From contig JAQGDQ010001004.1 in NCBI GenBank assembly GCA_030141605.1, positions 7,169 through 71,168 on the forward strand: DNA of 64,000 nucleotides, in the 5' to 3' direction. A program made the translations under genes and the position numbers. The notes under the pieces were generated by a model. That model did no database searches and had not been told where the DNA came from. It saw nothing but the letters and a program-made list of their open reading frames with translations. Origin of the DNA: Tubiluchus corallicola. Lineage: Eukaryota; Animalia; Priapulida. Shown here in pieces: positions 13,396-26,240 of this stretch (positions within the stretch are counted from its first letter, which is position 1; every line of letters begins with the position of its first letter).

Positions 13396-14080
13396 AACGC
13401 TTTCATATGCCGTTTGGCGAACTTTTGGCAATTGTTTGGCGATTGTTTGGCGAACTTTTGGCGATTGTTTGTTGTGTAATGCAGAAATCTTTGCAGAAAG
13501 AAAACGAACTTTAAAACTAAATTATATTTAATCTTAAATTTTAATTATATTAAAATTAAATTTCCCACATTAATAAAACAGATCCCTACGTTAAAAAAAC
13601 GTAATCAATTTGGTCGATACTCTAAGAGGGAAAAACATGAGCAAAATATTTTTGAAAATCTATCAAGAACAAGTGAGGCACTTCCTTGAAAAAAATAACT
13701 AAGACACAAAAGTGTGTCAGACAAATAGCTGTGTGTAAAGTCAAGTTGACAGACATTATCAATGTGACTTTGTCACAATGATGCTGCGTTTGCTTTTTGA
13801 TAGTCAGATGGTTTCTACCTTGGCAAAACTAGGAAGCTAAAACACGGATTTTGGCATTATGAATTTTATCAGAATTAAACACTTCCGTGCTGTGGCGCCA
13901 CCTGCCCATAATCATTAACATTAAATTAAACTAAGCAAGCAGGTTGGCAGTTAATGCCCAGTGTTTGACAAGGATGGATCTGTAAAATATTCGACGACAA
14001 GAAATCACATATTAAACGTTAAAATTCAATTTAAGCTACATATTGAATTTGTCTGAAGTTTTTGTTCATGATAGTTTATA

Positions 14081-14341
14081 GGCAAAACAGATGTAATGGT
14101 GTATCATCCAGCTGAACAACTAGTGAATCCATATTATATTGTAAGATCAATAAAAGAAAATGATCACAGTGGAATTTATTGTGAGATGGATAATTTCTAT
14201 ACAGGTGAACATACTGGAACTCACATAGATACTCCATGACACTCAATATGTTAATCACGGGATGTTAATGATCTGAGTTTAGACTAACTGACTGGAGAAG
14301 CTGTGACTGAAGACATTACTACTAAAATATAGAGAAATAGG
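14081..14341 (+). pseudogene. Pseudo-exon of a metal-dependent cyclase / kynurenine formamidase (KynB) / isatin hydrolase family gene
   Basis: Acceptor TTTATAG and donor G|GTAAAA bracket 261 nt. The frame reads ...YCEMDNFYTGEHTGTHIDTP*H...DVNDLSLD*LTGEAVTEDIT, containing the family signature HxGTHxDxPxH. In-frame stops at 14237, 14252, 14285 and 14330. This frame is absent from the ORF track. Confidence 0.85.
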
Positions 14342-14982
14342 GTAAAATACCTATTGCTAAAATACCTCGAAACACTGAATATGTATGATGTGCCTGCTTA
14401 TGAGCAGATATGAGCAGTAGACTATGAGCAGACATGAGCAGTAGACTATGAGCAGACATTGTTGTTTGAGGTACGCAAGACTGGGCTTGATGCAATTAAA
14501 ACTGTCTTTGAAAATTTTGCCAATCTTCATTAATTACCCTGAAGCGAAGGTCTTTTCAATACCAATGAGATTTATAGCACCAGGTAGAGATTTAACAATT
14601 ACTGGAAGCGTATCTAAGTTTGTTATAAGCTTTACTGTTTTAATATGAAGCATCACAGTTTATGTTTTCCATGTTAACTGAAACTAATATCAACTACAGA
14701 ATCAGTCCCAGCACTGGCTAACAAACTAAATATAGATATTAACAAATTATAACATAAAATGCCGAATACCGAACCATTCGTGAGGCGCTGTCTGTACAAA
14801 GGAGGACTGATTAATTGTAAATCTTGTTATGTATTTGAATTGATCACAAAACGACAATCACACAGCCCTACAAAAATGCGATTTTAACCTTCAACAATTT
14901 TCTCCAGAATTCGCATTAGAAACTTGTAATCCCGGCAAAACGCTGAATTGCATCAAGACCTCTTAAGACACGCTCCCAAGGG

Positions 14983-15190
14983 AGTTGTTGTTGTTGTCGT
15001 TGTTGTTTATCTTGTTGCAGTTGATATTGTTATTGTGGTTATTGTTGATGTTGTTGTTGTTCTTTTGTTGATGTTGTTGTTGTTGTCGTCGTCGTTTTCA
15101 TCGTCGTTGTTGTTCTTACTGTTGCTATTGTTGCTGTTGCTGCTGCTGATGATGATGGTGACTGTGATCATGACGATAATTATGATGATG
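14983..15190. repeat. Compound triplet repeat (GTT/GTC/GCT/GAT)n
   Basis: Seen directly. Confidence 0.9.
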
Positions 15191-16329
15191 TCACATTTGG
15201 TGTTGTGGTTTTTCTAAAAGCTTTATGCTTTTATACTAAAAATTCTGTACAGAAAAAATATTCTCTGCAGGCAAACTAATGCCAGGAGAAGTCTAGCGAC
15301 CAGCTAAATCTCTTCCCATAGAATCTCGAGTTCTTATTTTGATCCATGAAAAGTCACCGGTCTGTCAGTTCTATTTACTTTACAATTTAATGTCAGTCTT
15401 AAGATGTTTGCAAACAACTATAATCGCAGCAGATTCATAAAAAATTTCACCCAGCTTTATTTCTCAGACTTAGATTATTGAAGATTACAATCTCTTATTT
15501 CAGGCAACTCTTTGTATCTAGGACTTGTGCTTTTGCTGCAGCTCACAGTTCAAATACCTTCTAAACACTTAAACAATCTGAAAAGTTCTTACGTTAATGC
15601 AGACAAACAAAATTTGTTAGAAAATGACAACTTTGATTATAGAGCTTTCGACGATAAAGATTTACATCATAAAAGCCTGGATACATCATAAATTATAAAA
15701 ACTCGTTACAAACTGAAGTTGTGTCAAAAAAAAGAAATTCTCTTGAAAGACATGATTTGGCACAGTTGACATGAAATGGTCAAGAAGCCATACATAATAT
15801 TGTCACCAGCCATACATTCACCTTTCAATAGGTTGTGGAGGGACCGAATACTAGCTCATTATCAATGCTAGTCATCTGTCTTAAGCTTTTGTAACCTTTT
15901 CTCAAACATACATATTAAATATTATGTGCGTAATTAATATGCTAATTAATTACAGGATTGTTTACTGTTATGCAGTTGATTTGTGTTTAGAGGGATAATT
16001 TATATTTACAATCCGTATAAGTTAAAATAGGATACTATGTCAATTATGTAAACAATACTTTAAACAAGTTACTTTGCTCGACCTCTCCATCTCAGCAGAA
16101 TCTCAAGAGAGATATTAATCATCAAGTTTTTTACAGCCCTTTGTAATACAGCTTTGTAATATAGTTTTGTAATACAGCCCTTTGTTGTTTACAGAGGCTG
16201 ACGTTAATAGAAACATTCAGTTGTTGTTTATAAAGTAAAAAATTCCTAGCAATCTCGACAAAAATTTGAACAAATTCGCAGTGTAAACCCGCCCTTATAA
16301 AGATTAAATTTCGTGTGAAATTAATCAAA

Positions 16330-17173
16330 TCTGTAAACGTTCTATACTCAAAGAAACACTTTGATCTTCAGCAATCCTGACTGGAATTTAGTAAGACGTG
16401 AAATTTCGAGAAGCATTTACCAGAATTTACCGGGTCACGCTCAACAAAGAAAGTTGTTAATCTTTAGTAATTCCGTCTGGAATCTCTAGTAATATTTGAA
16501 ATTTTGTGAATTATTGAGCTGAGATGCGGTTTATGCCATCACGACCTCAACACACAAAGGAGAATTTTGATCCGTAAAACAAACATGTCTGCGATCAAAC
16601 AAAAGCTCAATAATCTCTCTTATTAAATTGATTCAGTAGATTTCATAACAATTTTGGCATCGTGAGAAATTGTGGGTAAACGACCAAACTTTAAACTCCC
16701 ATCACAAACCGTTTATACAAACATGAAGCTAAAAACGTATGAGTTAAGGTTTCTTAAATGTTTGAAATTTCAGTAAATGTTTTGGCACTGCTATTGTTTC
16801 AGTGGTAATTGTAACTCATTACTTCTTTTTATTTTATTATAATTCTGTAACGTACAAAACTGATGACTTCACAAAGATTTTAGAAGTCTACACTGTAATT
16901 GTATTAAACACATTTTTTATAAATAAACTGCAGGCGGGTTCATGTCTTGCATGAACTATTGGTGAAACTTGGATACTTGGTGAGTTACGTTTTCATTTGC
17001 TATGCTGATCCTGCTTGTTTACATCGTAGTCGACGTAGAGAACGGATGTTTCACATATGAACATGGCTGAGACACCTCTAGCAGTTCAGTGGCTCATCTT
17101 CAAGAGTTGCCTTTGAAAATAAGCCAGAATCAACTCAGACCACATCACAAACATCCCAACTTTTTGATACCAT
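16330..17173 (+). repeat. Duplicated segment B, copy 2
   Basis: Colinear with 780-1612. Similarity ends about 10 nt before the Helitron-like 5' end. Confidence 0.85.
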
Positions 17174-17183
17174 TATTTTAGCA

Positions 17184-19012
17184 TCTACTATCTATACTCT
17201 TATATTAATATTCTTGGTATATATATATATATATAAGATTCGAGGCTACAGCTCCGACGAGGGCACCATTTGCGGCGATCTATACATCAAACGAAAGGTC
17301 TCGATCTAGTGTCGTCTCATTGGGGGTTTATTTTTCGAATCGGGCCCACCGGGAGAAACGGGGGGCGAAAAACCTCCAAAAATGGCCATTTTTCGGCCGT
17401 TTTTTGCAAAAGTTATACGGCTGAGATGTGGAGAACTGGAATGGGCCGAGGGTGGTGCTGGGTACAGATAGATAGCCCGTTCAGCGGTGGGTGTCATAGG
17501 CCTATTTAGAGTTCGCGAGAGGGCCACGGTGTCCCGCAACGGGCGTTTTCCCGGACCCAACTCGCGATTTTTTCGAAATTTTGACCAAACAGCCTGCGGA
17601 AAAAACGTTCTAGCGGCGCCTGGTGGGACTTTCGGAAGGAGATATACGGCTCTTTAGAAAGAGGAAGGACAGGGCTACACGATGATGTAGGCTATATGTT
17701 AGGGCAGGTCCATCGAGAGAAGTACCAACGAGTTAATTAGAGGTTCCATTTTCGGCAATTTTCGCTTAGAAAATTGCTGACGCAAAGGCATTGTTCTGAC
17801 GTCATCCATTGTACTCTACTCTGCTTATAGCTTTAATTCAGTAAAAGCTACAGGCTTTGCGTTAGTTAAACAAACAGTAGGCACGATGTTAAGGGCTTTG
17901 TGTTATAAATGAGGACTAGGTAGGATGTTCGCGTATTATTGATTACACGTGGTTTTTTACGCAAAATCTTTTGCGGGGCCTTTGTTATTTATTATATTAT
18001 AGCACATAGTTTCAACTTTGTGAAAAATGTTTGGAATGGTTTTGTTGTAATGCTGTGTTGTTGGTGCTTGTGCTATAGGTGTCATCATCATTGCCACCAT
18101 CATCATCATGATCACCACGTGAGGTGGTGGATTTGATGTGGTGTGGTGGTGGTGTGTTTTGTGTGTTGTGCTATGGATGGTGTGGTGGGGTGATACGGTG
18201 TGTGGGGTGTGGTGTGGGTAGTGTGGTATGGAGTGGGTGGCGTGGTGTGTGGGTGGGTGGGTGTTGTGGTGCAGTGTGGTGTTATGGTGTGGTGCAGTGT
18301 GGTGTGATGTGGTGGAGTATTATGGTGTGGGTGGTGTGGTGTGGTGTTATGGTGTGGTGCAGTGCAGTGTGATGTGGTGGAGTATTATGGTGTGGGTGGT
18401 GTGGTGTGGTGTGTGGGTGGTGCAGTGTGGTGTGGTGCAGTGGTATGGTGTGGTGCAGTGTGGTGTGATGTGGTGGAGTCGTATGGTGTGGTTGGTGTGG
18501 TGTGGTATGTGGGTCGTGCGGTGTGCTGCAGTGGTATGTTGTGGTGCGGTGTGGTGTGATGTGGTGGAGTGGGTGGAGTGGGTGGTGTGGTGTGTGGGTG
18601 GGTGGGTGTGTGGTGCAGTGTGGTGCTGTGCGGTGTGATGTGGTGGAGTATTATGGTGTGGGTGGTGTGGTGTGGTGTGTGGGTGGTGCAGTGGTATGGT
18701 GTGGTGGTGTGGTGTGTGTGGTGTGGTGCAGTGTGGTGTGATGTGGTGGAGTGGTATGGTGTGGGTGGTGTGGTGTGTAGGTGGTATGGTGTGGTGCGGT
18801 GTGGTGTGATGTGGTGGAGTGGTATGGTGTGGGTGGTGTGGTGTATAGGTGGGTGGGTGGTGTAGTGCAGTGTGGTACTATGGTGTGGTGCTGTGCGGTG
18901 TGATGTGGTGGAGTGGTATGGTGTGGTGCAGTGCGGTGTGATGAGGTGGAGTGGTGTGGTGTGGGTTTTGTGTTGATTTGTGCACAAAATTCTTTTTGTG
19001 GGGTTTGGCTAG
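17184..19012 (+). mobile_element. Non-autonomous Helitron-like element (~1.83 kb)
   Basis: 5' end A|TCTACTATCTATACTCTTATATTAATA. 3' hairpin CACAAAA-TTCT-TTTTGTG (18983-19000), then an 8-nt spacer and CTAG|T (19009-19012). No TSD, CpG-rich interior, no Rep/helicase ORF. Confidence 0.65.
18120..18970. repeat. Complex G/T-rich (GTGTG/GTG) repeat with higher-order units
   Basis: GTGTGATGTGGTGGAGT(ATT/GGT)ATGGTGTGG recurs about 9 times. It is the source of many spurious V/W/C/G-rich and T/P/H-rich ORFs. Confidence 0.95.
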
Positions 19013-19019
19013 TTCTCAA

Positions 19020-19258
19020 TATTATTTTACTTAGCATTATTAGTGCCTGTTTGAAAGACACGTAACTGGAAAAGAAAATTCTTAGTAATTTAATATGTTC
19101 TCGCTAGCTGGTAAAACGTCACCGTATCAGTATCCCACTATGCACAAAAAACATCACTGGCTTACCAAAAATATATTATTAATCTTATTGACAAGATAAA
19201 GTACTTCATAGTTTTGCATGTTAGTGAAGAGTGCGCTACCAATGCTCTGATTATTGAT
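19020..19258 (+). mobile_element. Partial copy of the TTAA-flanked (Kolobok-like) MITE family
   Basis: ATTATTTTACTTAGCA...GAAAAGAAAATTCTTAGTAATTTAA...TGCACAAAAA...TTAATCTTATTGAC is shared with copies at 21.7, 23.0, 42.3 (minus) and 58.1 kb. Confidence 0.75.
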
Positions 19259-19409
19259 AGCGGTAGTGATGGTGGTGGTGGTGGTGGTGGTGGTGGTGGT
19301 GTTGGTGTTGGTGTTGGGGTTGGTGTTGGTGCTGCTGCTGCTGCTGCTGCTACTGCTACTGCTACTGCTACTGCTACTGCTACTGCTACTGCTACTGCTA
19401 CTGCTACTG

Positions 19410-19484
<75 letters not shown>

Positions 19485-19590
19485 TTACTGCATTTACTGT
19501 TGCTAATGTTACTGCTAATGCGGTTACTGTTGATGATGATGATTATGATAATGATAATGATGCTGTTGTTGCCGCTATTGTTACTGTTGG
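19259..19590. repeat. Compound microsatellite (GGT)n-(GGTGTT)n-(GCT)n-(ACTGCT)n-(ACT)n-(GAT)n
   Basis: Seen directly. Confidence 0.95.
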
Positions 19591-20991
19591 GGTTGTAAAC
19601 ACTTGTAACCATAAACAGATAAAAACTGCTTTTTCTAATGAACAATCAAATAACGACCAGATATAGTAGGCATGCAGAATGGAGAACATAGCTAGTACCG
19701 ACACAATAACCGAAGGTTCCACAACTTTCACTCGCGTCTGAGGAAGGGTATCAATGACGTAATGAAGCTCACACTCCGACTTTCCCTCCATCGGAAAGCT
19801 AGGAAGTTCTTTAAACTCTTTTACAACAGCAGCAACTAGAATTGCATTATTAATTATGTGCGATAACTGTTCCTAGAATGTGTTGGCAACATGAAGTGCG
19901 TTGCACTTGTCAATGGCAATGGCCATAAGTTAAGAACTAATAAATCGTTATCATCCACAGAAAAATCCTTATCAATCTTATTCATTTTGCCATTTAGAAA
20001 CGAGTATGGCCTTAAACAAACTTTAATGTACTTTTAAATTGTCTCAGACAAAGCAATGGTAATTCCTACAAAGCAGAATGATTGATTATGCGCCAAGATG
20101 ATGGCACTGAACAAATTTATATATCTTTTAAACTCTATCAGCTAGCACCACTATGCATATGTCAATAGAAAAATCAATTTGATATTAACAATTCACATTT
20201 CGTTACGGCAAAGTCAGTTTGGAGATACTACCACATAAGCTGGCCGACATTTTCTTTCCCAATAAATCCTACAGCGCTGTTTCAGTGAACGAAGAAAATT
20301 CTCTCGTAAATCCAATCAAATGGCAACGCTTTGCTTTTTGCGAACTCAGTGATTTCCCAAATTAGACTTGTAAATGAAGATTTTCCAGACTATGCCAAGT
20401 TCATTTACTTTCACACCTGCATAAAGCAATACATGTAGGACGATTATGAGGCATGAAAACATTGAGAATAAACTCCTTGAGAAATTTCCACTCCTTTAGA
20501 GCCATAATATCTAGGTATACTTTTGAACCTATCGCACTGCTTTTATGCGTATGAGATTACATCTAATCGGTTAAGAATTGAAACCGGACGATGGGCGAGA
20601 GAGCCAAAAGAAAGTAGATTATGTAGATGTGGGAGCAGACGGAGAAACATGTTTTATGTTCTTGTCCTTTAACTGGGCATGTAGGAACAAGTTATACTGA
20701 TGTTGATTTTAGTACTGTTGCATTTTAAGAACGCTCTTAAAATGTGTTTTGTTGTTTTCAACACATACTCTTAAAGACGATTCGCTATTTTGTTTGTAGT
20801 AAAGACATCAAATTGAATTTGTTTATATATGTGTATACAAAGATATTGTATTTTTTGCGTAGTTTCTTATTGTATCGTTCTAATCCATTAGAATTTTGTC
20901 ATCTGGCGGCAGCCACTTGTGTATAATTTCGATGTTAGGTTTGATGCCTAATTTTTGTGAAGGTTGAATATATTTGGTCTTTTGACAATAA

Positions 20992-21083
20992 ATTACTACT
21001 ACTACTACTACTACACTGTACTACTGCTGCTGCTGCTGCTGCTACTGCTACTGCTACTGCTACTGCTACTGCTACTGCTACTG

Positions 21084-21130
<47 letters not shown>
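20992..21130. repeat. Compound microsatellite (ACT)n-(GCT)n-(ACTGCT)n-(ACT)n
   Basis: Seen directly. Confidence 0.95.
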
Positions 21131-21131
<1 letters not shown>

Positions 21132-21669
21132 GAAAAAAACACGAACACGTGTAGAATTATTGTTAAAACTACTAATTTCGAAAATTGTCGTAAGCTGTGT
21201 AATTTGTGTGAAAAATGACATAATATGAACATATAAATAATGGTTTTATAATGTTTGTCGTAGCTGTGGAGAGTTGCGTAAACACGCTGCCAGCCTATTG
21301 ATTGGGAATAGTTTTCTAATTAGGGACTCTAGGGGAAATGGTTTTGCAGCAATTTCAAATACATAACTGTGGGTTTTCGCAGGATGGTCGTTTTATATAC
21401 GATTAAAATGCCTGCACAGAAATGATATGAAATAGATAATGTGATCTACCGCTGTTTCTGGTAGAGGAAAGTTAGTATATTATGCAGTGCAACACCGCCG
21501 CTATTATCGTCATCTTCATATTCAGCATTAACATCATTATTGAACGAATTGCCGTGAAAATTATATCCCTTTACCTAGCCTTATATTCGTACAGTCAAAT
21601 TAGATAGCTCTCCCTAATGTACAACATGAAAATCAGTCATTCACATTTATCTGCATATTTCTTCATCAA

Positions 21670-22366
21670 AGGTAAGGAACATGGAATTTTAAATACTATT
21701 CATAGTACGTCTCAAAGAATTTTCTACGCAAAATTATTTTACTTAGCAATAGGCTTCCCTGCTATGCAAAACATATGTAGCTGAAAAAGAAAATCCTTAA
21801 TAATTTAGAATGTTCGCGCCAGCTGTTAAAACGTCACTGTTTCACTATCCCAGTGTGCACAAAAATCATCATTAGCTCACCAAAAATATATTGTTAATGT
21901 TATTGACGAGATAATGTAATTGGTACTTTTGCTTAGTTTGCGAAGTGTGCACATTGAATGTTCTGATTATATTTTCGATCTCTATGCTATGTTATCTAAA
22001 CTTGTTTCAAAAGACGTACCATCAGAATAGCTGAGCCTAACGATCATCGTGGCAGTTTAAATTTTAAAGTTTTCTATTGCGTTGCTGCTAACACAAGCTC
22101 ACTGCACAATAAGATACAAAGTAGATGATTCAAAATTTCGAAACGAATAATTTCTAGCTTTATATCTTCATCACCATCATCATCATCATCAACATAATTA
22201 TCATCATCGCTATCGTCAGGATCATCATTGTCATCACCACCACCATCATCACCATCATCATCATCATCAACATAATTATCATCATCGTCATCGTCATGAT
22301 CATCATTATCATCACCACCAACATCATCACCATCATCGTCTTTTATAAAAAGGGTTTCCTTGTCCT
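21670..22366 (+). mobile_element. Kolobok-like MITE copy with an internal (CAT)n tract at ~22165-22340
   Basis: Starts AGGTAAGGAACATGGAATTTTAAA, carries the family core at 21733-22030, and ends AGGGTTTCCTTGTCCT|TTAA. Confidence 0.6.
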
Positions 22367-24224
22367 TTAACTTACCTCACAGTTTCAATGATAGGATAAA
22401 TTGGCGTCAACGTTTTCGCAATTAGTCAATGTCAGCAAGTTGAAATCAGACTTTGACCTAACGCGGCTTCAGTTAAATGAATACTAAAGTCAAGCTCGGC
22501 GTATGTCTCTGACATGATTAGATCAGAGTCGTCTGATGAATGAATTTCTCATAAGCTTAAACTTATTTATTGCAACTACTGTAATTATCGATTTGTTGTA
22601 AGTTCAACTACATTGGTCAATTTTAGCTCCTTGGCTTGGCAAGTCATCAGATTGTAATGGACAAATACAAAAATGTTTACTCAGTGGATGCGCAGCTTCC
22701 AGTACTGTCTAAGAAGCCATTGATGCTATAACAACTGATGAATGCTATATGCCCGTAATAAAACAGATCCATTTAGGCTTATGCATGTGTGGCTATTATG
22801 TGCTAAGTTTTGTTGATTATTGCGGCACAATCGATAACTTTCACTTATTGTCACAAGACGCTGTATTAAGTTCATGTTCTACATTAAACACGTGTAGATT
22901 TACTATGTGTATTGTACGAAGTGTCATGCTTCAAGGGGAAGAATTTAAAGCATGTCTCGAAAAACTTTTCATAAAAAAGTTATATTACCTAGCATTATGT
23001 TTAGCTGTTCGAAAAACTTATCTAATTGGAAAAGAAAATTATTAATAATTTAGAGCATTAATGTATTACAATAAACGCACTAGTTATCCATTTAATAAAC
23101 CAAACATCATTCTTTTGTAATCATTCTTCTACAGAATCGTTCAACGGGAATGAACTCCAGGACCTGCACAGCTCATGAGGCGGGCATCTCACAAATATAC
23201 ATTCTATTTTCACGTGACAGCTCTTACCAAACCAGCCTGGGGCGAATTCGAGTATTTCAGCCAGTTGAGTTTATTTTTCAGCGATCTGAAAAAAAGGTGG
23301 TGCATATTTGACACTTCAACGCAATTAATCACGGCGTCCATATAAACAGCTAATAATCCATATATATTAATTGTTTTGTATCTCAGTGTTTGGCTTTTAC
23401 AGACAGTACGTGTAGGTGAAGTAAGCCAGAAAATATCAAATCTATATCATTGCTTTTTCTCCTTGTAAATAATTTAGGGAGGACATGGTAGGGCTGCCAC
23501 TGCAAAATTATTGATCATTTTTGAAATTTTGGTATGTAATCGATAGAATAGTAAACATCACTAAACTTTTTAGTGCGCCCTTTTCAGCTAAACTGCTGTG
23601 TTACAGACTAGTGGTTTCAATCACAAGACCACGTTCAATTTAGAAGTAGAATGACAACATCATTTCGTCAGTAAAAGTCCTAGCTGCTAGTTAATAAGGA
23701 AATTAGGACGAGCAGACTGAGAACTAATTAGCCAAGACCGTATTAAAGTTTTAAGTCGCAGATGGATTTGGAAATCATTCCTCTAATAGTGATGAAGCCG
23801 TGGTGTGCATTTCTGATTCCCAACGTGTTGCTTAGGATTACTCGAAATTGCCTGGAGTACGTTCAATACACACAGCAAATTTTAGACAAGACAACATTGC
23901 GTGATGCTATACTATTTAGTTACTACAAGGCACGTGCATGACAAAGAAGGAGCAGCAAATACATGAGTACAAGCACCCAATGGCAGTACCTACTTAAAGG
24001 AGATTATTGGTACTAGTCAGATATTAAGCCTCTCAAATGAAACACTGAAGTAGCAGAGGTATCTTAACCACGGTCAGGTGCATTCTCACTCAAGGAAGTA
24101 AATATCGGGGTAGTGTAGCAAATAAAACGGCCCACCACCTGGAAACAGCCATTAAGTCCGCTTTCTTACTTACCGGGCTCTGCATTGTTCAGCTCCGTAA
24201 TTCCCAAATCCCATTTTTCTGTAT

Positions 24225-25170
24225 ATATTATCAAAACAGATTCGGTTCCCGTTTTGCAGTGTAAAGTGTATGTATACGCAAACCAGATACTATTTAAACG
24301 GAGTTCCTATTTTGTTACATATACGCAAACCAGATTTAGTAGAGACTAGGTTTTTGTTTTGCTGCGTATGCACAACCCAGATTCGGTACAGATTTGGTTC
24401 CTGTCTTGCTGTGTACATACAAACGTGATTCTAAACAGATTTGGGTCCTTTTTTGTTATGTATTCACTCGATTCCTGTTTGCTGTATGTACACAACCAGA
24501 TTTAGTACAGTTTTGGTTCCTGTTTTGCTGTGTATCGCAAACCAGATTCAGTACAAACTTTATTTATGTTTTGCTCTGTTTGATCAAACCAAAACCGGTA
24601 CAGGCTAGGTTCTTGTTTTGCTGTGTGTGCACAAAACAGACTCGTATAAATCTGGTTTCTAAAATTCTATTGTGTGTACACAAAACAGACTCGATACAGG
24701 ACTCGATTCCTGTTTTTGCTGCATATTAACATTTAACAAACTAGATTCGATACAGACTTTGTTTCCTATTTTACTGTTTATACACAAATCAGATTCAGTA
24801 CAATCTTGGTTCCTGTTTTGCTGTGTACATAAATCAAATTCGGTACAAACTAGGTTTCTGTTTTACTGCGTTATACACTCACCAGATTCTGTACAGTTTT
24901 GTTTGGTTCCTATTTTGCTGCGTAGGCACAGGCAAGACTCAATGCAGATTCGATTACTGTGAATGCAAAAACCAAATTCGATAGAGTTTGGATTCCTGTT
25001 TTATGTGTATGATTAAACCAGATTGCGTACAGATTTGGTTTCTATTTTGCTGTGGATACATAAGCCAGACTTGATACAAACTTAATTCTTGTTGCGCAGT
25101 GTGCGCACAAACCCGATACAGTACAGACTTGAATTTTGTTTTACAGTGTACGTACCAACCAGACTCAAGT
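24225..25170. repeat. Diverged ~47-bp minisatellite, about 20 copies
   Basis: Approximate consensus CAAACCAGATTCGGTACAGATTTGGTTCCTGTTTTGCTGTGTATGCA. Confidence 0.9.
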
Positions 25171-25971
25171 GCGGCTTTGTTTTAAACAGTAAAGCAAAAA
25201 AGTGTGTTTACTTGTACGTCCAATTTATTACCAGCGTAGCTGATGCAGCTTGCAAACTCGCCTGAATTCACAGTTTGCTTATTTCTTAGCAATAATTAAA
25301 ATTTGAAAACAGCTCATTCAGTGTTGTCATCCTTACAATATTTTCAGAGGTGAGAATAAACACTTTGACAACTTGAAATTAGATTTACTATTCACGTTTG
25401 AAAACTGATTAGAATTTCCTTTTCCTGCATCAATAGTCAGCACGAGCAACGCACAAAGCAACGAACACATTATCCGAGATCACTTGAGTAAGACAGCTGC
25501 CCAGCGTTAATTACTGTAAATTTTCCTATAACGCTTTACCTTTGAAGCATGACTGAATCTTCCTGTAAAGGGAAGCCGCATCCTGGTGGCCATCATTGCG
25601 TGTATTCTTGTTTGCTCTTAATTAAAAATTCGGCCACCCTTCCGACCGATGCAGTTATTCAATCCAAGGAATTGATTGAAGTCCATGATTACTGTGTGTC
25701 AATCACTAGCAAGAGTCATTGAGCGGATACAGCATATAGTCGCGAGTAATTATTTGATGAGGTCCTCCACCAAAGAGAGCCTCTTCACTGAAAGCAAAGA
25801 ACGACAATATTGTTCAGATTGGAGCCGCAATTAGGCTTTTCATCGCGCTGTTTTTATTCACTATCATCGTTTGCTTAATGCAAAAAATTTCAGCAAAGTG
25901 TGTTATTGTTGGGGTTATGTGTTGTCGCATAGAATAACCTTGCAAAAAAACTACGCAGTGTAAGTTTTTTT

Positions 25972-26240
25972 AGTTTTAGTTTAGTTCAGTTCAGTTCAGT
26001 TCAGCTCAGCTCAGCTCAGCTCAGCTCAGCTCAGCTCAGCTCAGCTCAGCTCAGCTCAGCTCAGCTCAGCTCAGCTCAGCTCAGCTCAGCTCAGCTCAGC
26101 TCAGCTCAGCTCAGCTCAGCTCAGCTCAGCTCAGCTCAGCTCAGTTCAGTTCAGCTCAGTTCAGTTCAGTTCAGCTCAGCTCAATTCAGCTCAGTTCAGT
26201 TCAGTTCAGTTCAGTTCAGTTCAGTTCAGTTCAGTTTAGT
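25972..26240. repeat. Pentamer microsatellite (TTTAG/TTCAG/CTCAG)n at a LINE 3' end
   Basis: Seen directly. It abuts the 3' UTR of the CR1-like fragment. Confidence 0.95.

Noticed and set aside
14237-14332. Stop-codon reassignment or selenocysteine as the cause of in-frame stops in exon-like segments
   Set aside because: All three stop types occur in one exon, the MATH-BTB and RGS exons read normally in the standard code, and I see no SECIS. Pseudogenisation is simpler.
18124-19666. Long T/P/H-rich, V/W/C/G-rich and poly-S/L/T ORFs
   Set aside because: They are translations of simple repeats, open in several frames on both strands.
24225-25170. Regularly spaced repeats resembling a CRISPR array (also 7886-8152)
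   Set aside because: The whole unit repeats with no unique spacers, there are no cas genes, and the context is eukaryotic.
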